Positions 1 through 7,660 of a stretch of DNA of 9,057 bases are shown piece after piece. The stretch spans positions 1 to 9,057 of the forward strand of contig NW_021828126.1 of NCBI RefSeq assembly GCF_006345805.1, written 5' to 3'. Below the pieces are notes generated by a model. The model saw only the letters and a program-made list of their open reading frames with translations. It was not told the origin of the DNA and did no database searches. The position numbers and the translations under genes are program-made. How positions within the stretch are numbered: the first letter of the stretch is position 1; each line of letters starts with the position of its first letter. This stretch comes from Octopus sinensis (lineage: Eukaryota).

Positions 1-296
1 GAATAGTTCACCTCTGGAAACATGGGTGGTTCTTTCAATATCCTTAAACAACCCTTATTCAGGACCATTGAGCGGGATGGGCTACTCAACCTGAAGAAAA
101 TTCTAACTGGGCCCCACCTGCGGTCATGTGCTGTTTATCTTGATATGAGATCATCATGTCGCGCACATATGGTTGTGATGCATGTGCCTGGTGTACCTTT
201 ATCAGCGGGTAGTCATGATGGTATATTGGGCTTCGTATATTTTACCCCAGTGTCACTTTGATGGCATGAACTGCTCTCTCACTCAATAATAATAAT
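1..296 (+). mobile_element. Unclassified interspersed repeat, copy 1 (3' part; cut by the window start), ending in (AAT)4
   Basis: 1-260 aligns with 4922-5187 at roughly 90% identity by eye. It continues ATGGCATGAACTGCTCTCTCACTC to 284 and then (AAT)4 at 285-296. No credible protein. Confidence 0.8.
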
Positions 297-298
297 AT

Positions 299-343
299 CG
301 AAAACTACCGTAGGGATGAGTACCTAGGTTCAAATAATGTAAA
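299..343 (+). mobile_element. Internally deleted copy of the hammerhead-bearing module
   Basis: 299-331 matches 5400-5432 at 27/33 nt. 332-343 (AAATAATGTAAA) is identical to 5530-5541. The intervening ~97 nt, including the hammerhead, are absent. Confidence 0.7.
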
Positions 344-553
344 TAAAAGTACAAAATATTTTATGGTGTTGTTCTGGAGTGATCAAGTTGTCTGTACAGA
401 GCAAGAAGAAACAGCATCGTTACATGCGGTACTTCTGCTCATGTACGGATGATCTGGAAGACGGGGTGGACAATTGTACAAATCTTCTTCCTCTAACTTC
501 AAATACCGTTTTAGTCTCCCAGTTTACCATTTTTGTATGAGTCGCAACTCTTG

Positions 554-585
554 TTTTCCCGATGCTCTATCGATTTTGCCAGCTC
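554..585 (-). mobile_element. Short SINE head remnant
   Basis: Minus strand reads GAGCTGGCAAAATCGATAGAGCATCGGGAAAA, similar to the A-box region GAGCTGGCAGAATC at 1470-1483. Very short. Confidence 0.4.
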
Positions 586-1164
586 AACGAATACAAATAA
601 TTACACTCCAGCTGGTACTTTACCAAGTCGTGCGTGGATAAGAAAACCCGATCACACTCCATATGTTATAGTTACAGTTTTGAAACAGAGGTTGATTCAA
701 GAGTTCAATTCGATCGCGAACTTTCCAGGGAGCAATATAAACATATAATGATCATACCATCATTATTAGGTGCTCTTACTCCGTTGAGTCGGTGACCCTT
801 TGTATTTCTGGATGTCTGCATATACCAGTATATGCGATTATACATCTGTATGTGTGTGAGTGTTTGTGTGTGCCACTACGCATACTTTGCTACAAGAGTT
901 TCAGTTTGTGTGTTCATAAGAAATAAGCTGTTGCACCTGTTCAATTACGATGCACAGTATATACCTGTCTGTGATTATATATTTATAGTGAATATACCAA
1001 TGCGTAAATACATATATTCACTGTATATGCAGAAAGAAATATGTCACCATAACCTCCTAAGCAGACAGAATGCAGATATGAACTGCATATGGGAACCGGT
1101 ATTAAGGAAGGATAGGGGCATATTAGATTTATAAGCCCTAAAAATTTACTCCATAGTTGCCCAC

Positions 1165-1240
1165 GGGCATATAGCAAAGTGGTTTAGAGCGCAGGCTACT
1201 AACCCCAAGATTCCGACTTCGATTCCAGGCAGTGACCTGA
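1165..1240 (+). mobile_element. tRNA-derived (tRNA-Arg-like) SINE head / tRNA pseudogene
   Basis: A-box-like TAGCAAAGTGG (1172-1182), anticodon-loop-like CTACTAA (1196-1202), AGATTC variable region and B-box-like ACTTCGATTCC (1216-1226) at tRNA spacing. The layout resembles tRNA-Arg(ACG) from memory, but the stems are broken. Confidence 0.7.
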
Positions 1241-1462
1241 ATAGAGAACCCAGGTTCGAAATTGCATACATCCATAATTGTATACAGCAAAAGAGAGCGA
1301 AGCAAACAAACACATTCGCAAACCACACACACAAACCAGACAATTTTTTAAATACAATAATATATGTAAACATTTGCTCACACACGCACACAAGCTTTGT
1401 ATAATCCTGCTGTGACAGAAGCGAGCTTCTACCGAATTCAATATTTGTAATATGACCATCTA

Positions 1463-1660
1463 GGATGGCGAGCTGGCAGAATCATAAGTGCATCGTTCAA
1501 AATTCTTAGTAGTATTTCTTCCGGTTCCTTACGTCCTGAGTTCAAATTCCGCCGATGTCAACTAACTGTGCTTTTTATCCCTCCAGGATCAATAAAATAA
1601 AGTTCTAGTGAAATAACGGGCTTGATGCAACCAACTTGCCCCTTCTCCTAAAATGATTAC
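1463..1660 (+). mobile_element. Degenerate tRNA-derived SINE (Octopus OK/OR-like family)
   Basis: A-box-like TGGCAGAATC (1474-1483) and B-box GAGTTCAAATTCC (1538-1550), followed by a body I recognise from memory as an octopus SINE. The 3' limit is approximate. Confidence 0.7.
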
Positions 1661-1832
1661 TGGTTTCGAAACCTGGAACGAGCCGGTGTCACATTTAATA
1701 ACCTCGGTCACTCAAACACCATACAGACCAATTAAGCAGACTTATAAATTCTAAGACTCAGGGAAAAAAACAAAAAAAGTAACCATTTATAGTAATTTAA
1801 AAAAGCGTATTAGTAAAAAAAAAAAAAAAAAT

Positions 1833-2500
1833 TCAAAGTTAGGAAAATGGATTCTTTGTGCTCTTTCAGTGCAAATCGTCAACAAAATCATAACTATTCC
1901 CAATCGTTCCATACATGTAACACCCAAGCACCACTTTGAAACCGGATGGTAATTGGAGATGATAAATGGATTTTTAGATAGCAATGTAAACCGCTACAGA
2001 CAGTGGCTAAATCTCTAAATCAAAAACCTGTACCACATCCAAAAACGATATTATTCAGTGTTTTGGTAGAGTATGGAAGTAATTATTCATTATGATCTTT
2101 TGGGGCGGAATTAACGTCTGAAGTCCACGGTCAGCAACTTCACTGTTTGATGACAGTTTTGCATAGAAAACTTCCCGTCTTAATAAACTGGAGAGGTGAT
2201 TCTTTTTTATTAAGTTTATTGTTCGACCTCAAACCGCGGAATTCATTAAAAATGTTCTTGAATTGCTCGGTTGAGGAAAAGGTTACGGATTCCATATTCT
2301 CCAGACTTTGCTGCGTCAGACTTCAATTTATTAAAGATTTTTTTTCTTGGTAAAAGCAAGTGTGCAGGGAACATAAAAAATGAATGAAATAGAAATTTGA
2401 ATTCAAGACCCAAGACATTTTACAAATCAGGAATTCAAAAACTGACAAAAATACTTGCAGAAAAGTGACAGAAAATGAAAGGAAATACATAGATGGTTAA
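1833..2500 (+). pseudogene. Decayed mariner (Tc1/mariner, DD34D) transposase, C-terminal part
   Basis: Motifs occur in the correct order across frameshifts and stops: SKLGKWILCALS (1833-1868, cf. KLGKWVPHEL), NRMVIGDDKWIF (1940-1975, cf. TGDEKW, first catalytic D), VFW*SMEVIIHYDLL (2058-2102), LTSEVHGQQL...RKLPVLINWRG (from 2111), PYSPDFAASDFNLL (2292-2333, cf. YSPDLAPSD), FYKSGIQKL (2418-2444), and a KYIDG* end at 2500. TIRs were not found. Confidence 0.85.
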
Positions 2501-2545
2501 ATGTAATGTTTGTACTTATAAATAAATACACTATACACTATGCAA

Positions 2546-2806
2546 TACACACACAACACACACGTGTGTATGTATGTATATATGTATGACGGCATGTAAG
2601 TATATATATATATGATATATATATATATCTATATATATATAATATATATAAAGATGTATATATATATATATATTTTTGTATACATATATATATACGTGTG
2701 TATGTATATATATATGACGGTATGCGTAATATTATATATATATATATATATATAAAGATGTATATATATATGTATGTGTGTATAAATATATATAAATATG
2801 TATATA

Positions 2807-2840
<34 letters not shown>

Positions 2841-2956
2841 CATATATAAATATATATGTATGTATATATATGTATATATATGTATACATACATGCTTTTT
2901 ATATGCAGATATGTATGTATGTGTGTATGTATGTATGTATGTATATATATATATAT
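2546..2956. repeat. Compound (CA)/(TA)/(TG)/(TATG) microsatellite
   Basis: Directly visible dinucleotide runs; source of the YI/HT-rich ORFs. Confidence 0.95.
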
Positions 2957-3350
2957 GCGTATTGAGTTGGAAATAGAGAATGCAAGAAAAAAAGATAAAA
3001 TGAGAGATAAATATTTGTTGAAAGATGTCCACATATTGTAAACAGCTGTCGTATGGGTCGTAAGTGTACACAAATTGATTGTGTTAAACAAGGAAAAAGA
3101 AAAACGAAGAATGTTGCTACATCGATAAAATAAAATATATATAAAAAAACCATATTTGTAACAACGAAAATTATATAAAGCCATAATAGAAAGATGGCGG
3201 GTCTGATAGAAAAATAAGAGGTGGATGTAGGAGCAGATGATGAGGACGATGAGTATTGAACTATAAAATAAAAATAAAGATACGAAAAGAATATGAAGTT
3301 TATAAGGGAAAATACAAGAAACTCTTAAGAGGAAGAAGGGGAAGAAGAAT

Positions 3351-3476
<126 letters not shown>

Positions 3477-3889
3477 AGGAATAACGATTATAGCTATAGT
3501 TTAGTAAACGAAAATTCATAGGAAAGAAATCGAAAATACTTTTTCTAATAACGAAAGAAAGATAAAAAAAAATGATGGAACGGAAGTAGAACAAGAAAAA
3601 AAAATGCTTTTCGATGGAAAGGTGTCGGGGTGTGGAAGAGATAACGGTGACAATAACAATAACAACAGCAACAGTAACAGCAACAACAGAACAGCAACGA
3701 CAGCCGCAGCAGTAAGTACAGTCAACGAGGAGACAATTTTAGGATAAACAGGAAGAGTCTGGAGGTTAAATATGAAACAAAATACAAAGTTTTTAAATGA
3801 GAGAAAGAAGAAAAAAAAACGTACAGATGATGTAAACGAATTAGAAAGATAATAATGACACTCACCTTGCTGCAGCTACTACTAATGAA

Positions 3890-3898
3890 AATAATAAT

Positions 3899-3957
<59 letters not shown>

Positions 3958-4010
3958 TAATAATAATAATAATAATAATATTAATAATAATAATAATAAC
4001 AATAATAATA
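3890..4010. repeat. (AAT)n microsatellite
   Basis: Directly visible, with a few AAC and ATT interruptions. Confidence 0.97.
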
Positions 4011-4030
4011 AGAGAGAAATAAGAATAATA

Positions 4031-4459
4031 AGAGAGAAATTAAGGCAAACAGACCAGATATAGTTGTCAGAGATCATGAAGAAAAAAATGCTTTCTAATT
4101 GATGTATCAATACCGGCAGATGACAGCGTGTCTCTAAAAGAAATGGAGAAACTCTCAAAATACAAAGACCTGGAAATAGAGGTAACCAGAATGTGGAATA
4201 TAAAAACAGAAAAATTCCTATCATAGTAGGTGTATTAGGCATGATAAAAAATATTCAGACAAATACATAACAAAAACACCAGGACTTACAAACACATATA
4301 ACATACAGAAAATTGCACTACTAGGCACTGCACACATCCTACGCAGAACACTTTCCATACAATAACCATCAGAGCATCACAACAAATCACAGCACATAGC
4401 CAAGGCACACAGAGCTGCGCTCGGTAGTGAAGTGAAAGCACGCTATAAAAATAAAACTA

Positions 4460-4462
<3 letters not shown>
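4031..4462 (+). mobile_element. 5'-truncated non-LTR retrotransposon, R4/Dong clade (restriction-like endonuclease C-terminus plus 3' UTR)
   Basis: With three -1 frameshifts corrected it reads REIKANRPDIVVRDHEE-KCFLIDVSIPADDSVSLKEMEKLSKYKDLEIEVTRMWNIKTE-IPIIVGVLGMIK-YSDKYITKTPGLTNTYNIQKIALLGTAHILRRTLSIQ*, with the stop at 4363-4365. RPD...D...EK..KY is the PD-(D/E)xK RLE signature. A ~97-nt 3' UTR with AATAAA (4450-4455) runs into (AAT)n. Confidence 0.88.
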
Positions 4463-4532
<70 letters not shown>

Positions 4533-4553
4533 GTAGTAGTAGTAATAATAATA

Positions 4554-4591
<38 letters not shown>

Positions 4592-4640
4592 TAATAACAA
4601 TAACAATAACAATAACAATAACAACAACAACAACAACAAT
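4463..4640. repeat. (AAT)n tract with an (AGT) interruption, grading into (AAC)n
   Basis: Directly visible. Confidence 0.97.
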
Positions 4641-5187
4641 AAATGCTCTGATGCAGTACCAGGCAGTGACTCTCGTGGCTTCTGATCTTAACTGATTGGA
4701 AGTGATATCATGTAAATTGTTTTGTCTTTGTATTGGGAGTGTTATCATGTACATTGTTTTGTTTTTGTATAAAAGATGGGCTACAGCAAATATTTTCTGC
4801 TCAATATCATAGGTTTGCTTGTCAGTTCTCTGACCTTAACCAGTTGACCATGTCCCTTAGAGGCTAACGATATGTGCATCTCTAATTATGAGCAGAAGTA
4901 GTGAGGGATTCTTTGGAGTTTGAATAATTCACATCTGGAAACATGGGTGTTTCGTTCAACATCCTTAAACAATCCTTATTCAGGGACCTTTTGAGCGGGA
5001 TGGGTTACTCGACCAGAAGAAAATTCTAACTGGGTCCCACCTGCAAGGTCATGCGCTGTTTATCTTGATATGAGATCACCATGTCGCGCACATATGGTTG
5101 TGATGCATGTGTCTAGTGTACACTTATCTGACGGGTAGTCATGATGGGTATACTGGGCTTCATATATTTTACCCCAGTGTCACTTTG
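4641..5187 (+). mobile_element. Unclassified ~550-bp interspersed repeat, copy 2
   Basis: 4922-5187 is about 90% identical to 1-260. It lacks the last 24 nt seen in copy 1 and carries a 37-bp tandem duplication (4696-4769). Both sides are microsatellite. Confidence 0.8.
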
Positions 5188-5253
5188 TATATACGTATGT
5201 GCATATATATATATATATATTATATACATATATATATACATATATATATACTA

Positions 5254-5288
<35 letters not shown>

Positions 5289-5318
5289 ATGATAATAATA
5301 ATAATAATAATAATACTA

Positions 5319-5362
<44 letters not shown>

Positions 5363-5400
5363 GCAACAACAACAACAACAACAGCAACAACAACAACAAC
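5188..5400. repeat. (TA)n-(AAT)n-(AAC)n compound microsatellite
   Basis: Directly visible. Confidence 0.95.
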
Positions 5401-5555
5401 GAAAAATACCTTAGCAATGAGAACCCAGGTTCGAAATGTACCCAAGACACCTGATGAAGGCTGGTGGGTATATCAACCGAAACGTTGTATTAATAACAAA
5501 GAAGATGAGGACAAATATCTGTCAATTGTAAATAATGTAAAGAATATTAATTCAT
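5400..5555 (+). mobile_element. Penelope-like terminal-repeat fragment or non-autonomous derivative carrying a hammerhead motif
   Basis: Contains CTGATGAA-stem-GAAACGTT, typical of Penelope-like element LTR hammerheads. The 5' part recurs at 299-331 and 1244-1262. The 3' limit is approximate. Confidence 0.6.
5446..5491 (+). ncRNA. Minimal type I hammerhead ribozyme motif (Penelope type, probably dimer-dependent)
   Basis: Stem I GACAC (5446-5450)/GTATT (5487-5491), core CTGATGA (5451-5457) plus an extra A, stem II GGCTG (5459-5463)/CAACC (5474-5478), GAAA (5479-5482), palindromic AACGTT (5481-5486) in place of helix III, cleavage triplet GUU (5484-5486). There is one C-A mismatch in each of stems I and II. 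Confidence 0.65.
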
Positions 5556-5670
5556 ACCGGAAACAATATATATAATGAATATAATAAAAATTGACAATAT
5601 TTGAATCTTATATTTGTTTTGTAAACAAATAATACAATATTACATAAGCATTTTATAATGTTGCATTCTT

Positions 5671-5751
5671 TTTTGGAAACTCGCCGCGTGCCGGCAGCTA
5701 AAGGTTCGCGGACCGGCACCAGTCGGTGCACCACCACTTTGAGTAGTAGTA
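5671..5751 (-). mobile_element. Probable hAT (Charlie-like) DNA transposon terminus
   Basis: GC-rich island. The minus strand reads CTACTCAAAGTGGTGGTGCACCGACTGGTGCCGGTCCGCGAACC, which resembles from memory the CAGTGCTACTCAAAGTG-TGGTCCGCGGACCGGTGCCGGTCCGCGAAC ends of Charlie-type elements. No partner end was found. Confidence 0.5.
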
Positions 5752-6281
5752 ATCTATACCATTAATATCCTTCCTTACTTTTTCTCTGAATGAAACGTAG
5801 CAATTCAGAGTGATCTGTTAACGGAACGTAGAAACCTGGAATCAGAATCCTTATAGTATTCATTACGATTGGGTATGTTCTGACTTCATATCACTCTTGT
5901 AAACTATTTGAATCGTCGACTCGGTCCATCGCCCGGTCTACCAACACAAACTTGGGTTCTTTTACAGGAAAACTCTATGTTATAAGAATTTGTTTGACGA
6001 TAATTTTCTCCCGCCGTCTTACCAGTCTCGGAGGCTCTCTAAAAAGTTTTCGGCAGAGACTATACGCATATTCAAAAACCTCAACGATATATCAAATATT
6101 ATTGAACAACCCAGAACAAAATGAACAGCACAGATAACACCAACACAGTGAACGACAGTAACATGAACAAAACTGTTAACCATAGCAACAATAACCGTTA
6201 TAATCATGAGCAGTCATATATTTAACCTCTCTGCCCTGCAATCAGTAAGATGGTAAAATTGAGGAACAGATGTAAGGCAGA

Positions 6282-6305
6282 AGAGAGAGAGAGAGGGGGG
6301 GGGAG

Positions 6306-6380
<75 letters not shown>
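6282..6380. repeat. (GA)n microsatellite
   Basis: Directly visible, with a short G run. Confidence 0.97.
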
Positions 6381-6381
<1 letters not shown>

Positions 6382-6424
6382 CTGCACCAGTAACATTGGT
6401 CTATATTTGTTTTCAGTCGCTTTG

Positions 6425-6539
6425 ACTAAGATGAAATGAAATGCTTTGCTGAAGGGTACAACGTATAACCTGGCCGAAGTATCGGGTCCATTACCCTAAG
6501 GTTGTGAGACAAACAGCCATAACGTCTAGGCTATGAGCC
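6425..6539 (-). mobile_element. Highly degenerate tRNA-derived SINE head
   Basis: The minus strand reads GGCTCATAGCCTAGACGTTATGGCTGTTTGTCTCACAACC...CGTTGTACCCTTCAGCAAAGCATTTCATTTCA: tRNA-like spacing followed by a motif resembling the TTGTGTCCTTGAGCAAGACACTT segment of invertebrate SINEs (from memory). Confidence 0.45.
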
Positions 6540-7012
6540 ATCACCTTTAAGGAACGACAGTAACATAGTAGCAAAATCAGAAACGTTGTTAAGGACAGTA
6601 TACAACAACTGTAATAACATGATGAGCCCAGTGAGTAATATTAACAAAATCAACAACATTGAGGCCACAGATGACGCCAGCAGTAGGTAAAAGATCTCAA
6701 ACTACTGCAATAACATCTCTGCAACGAACTAACCTCTGCAATACACTGTCGTTCAGTGTTGTAAACCTACTAACAAGCAGCCAAAGCATACCACTCTGTA
6801 TGATTTAGAAGAACGAAAGACGTTGACTAACACAAATATAATATGGCCGAAATAAAAAGTAAATAATTGAATTATCCTTCATTATGCAAAGTTGTATAGT
6901 AGAATGTAACGTGAAAAGATAGGGCGTTTTTATTTTCTTTTTTGCCTTCCACCACTGCACAGAAATCCGTTCGTTGGTTTGCAGTAGCAGCATTGCTTAC
7001 AACCGTGAATTA

Positions 7013-7235
7013 TACTCTTTTACTCGTTTCAGTCATTTGACTGTGGCCATGGTGGAGCACCGCCTTTAGTCGAGCATATCGACCCGAGGACTTATTCTTT
7101 GTAAGCCTAGTACTTATTCTATCAGTCTCTTTTGCAGAACCGCTAAGTTACGAGGACGTAAACACACCAGCATCGGTTGTCAAGCGATGTTGGAGGACAA
7201 ACACAGACACACAAACACACACACACACAGACACA

Positions 7236-7276
<41 letters not shown>

Positions 7277-7467
7277 ACATATATATATATATATACATAT
7301 ATACGACGGGCTTCTTTCAGTTTCCGTCTACCAAATCCACACATAAGGCTTTGGTTGTCCCGAGGCTATAGTAGAAGACACTTGCCCAAGGTGTCACGCA
7401 GTGGGACTGAACTCGGAACTATGTGGTTTGTAAGCAAGATACCTGCCACACAGCCACTTCTACGCCT
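7013..7467 (-). mobile_element. Full-length tRNA-derived SINE (octopus type) with an internal (TA)/(TG) microsatellite
   Basis: On the minus strand: A-box TGGCTGTGTGG (7446-7456), B-box GAGTTCAGTCCC (7403-7414), internal microsatellite (~7201-7303) and tail GAAACGAGTAAAAGAGTA ending at 7013. Colinear with the copy at 8693-9057. Confidence 0.9.
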
Positions 7468-7660
7468 ATAGACGAAAAATAAGCATCTGGAGGCCTTCAG
7501 ACAGCGAGAAAGAAAATCAGTTGGTTACTCGATCGGCTAAAAATAGCAAGTAAAAAATTCCCAAAATTGCACCATAGCATATTGAATGAAGAAATGAGAA
7601 ATGAAAAAAAAAAAAAAAACAGGAAAGAAAGCATTAAAAACGTATTCCCGGGTATATGGT

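Noticed and set aside
22-261. 79-aa ORF and the related ORFs at 5107-5289 and 5141 onward
   Set aside because: They lie in the repeated element, and the frame is not conserved between the two copies because of indels.
1165-1240. Functional tRNA gene (apparent anticodon ACT)
   Set aside because: The acceptor, anticodon and T stems do not pair properly, there is no long Ser variable arm and no oligo-T terminator follows. It is better explained as a SINE head.
3860-3867. Perfect splice donor AG|GTGAGT on the minus strand
   Set aside because: The upstream sequence on that strand is (TAT)n microsatellite, with no plausible exon.
4659-4670. 12-nt match CCAGGCAGTGAC shared with the tRNA head (1225-1236)
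   Set aside because: A few 12-mer matches are expected by chance in a 9-kb self-comparison, and the flanks do not extend.
5715-5729. GGCACCAGTCGGTGC resembles the 3' hairpin of the SpCas9 tracrRNA/sgRNA scaffold
   Set aside because: Only 15 nt with a gap, and none of the rest of the scaffold is present. The context fits a hAT-like terminus in eukaryotic DNA.
5784-5810. Hairpin CTCTGAAT/ATTCAGAG containing CTGA...GAAACGT, as a second hammerhead
   Set aside because: It lacks the CUGANGA core and stem II. An isolated 8-bp stem can arise by chance.
6963-7004. Possible 42-nt microexon after a polypyrimidine tract and CAG
   Set aside because: The donor is weak (GTGAAT), the peptide is not recognisable, and there is no supporting neighbouring exon. 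It would need RNA-seq.
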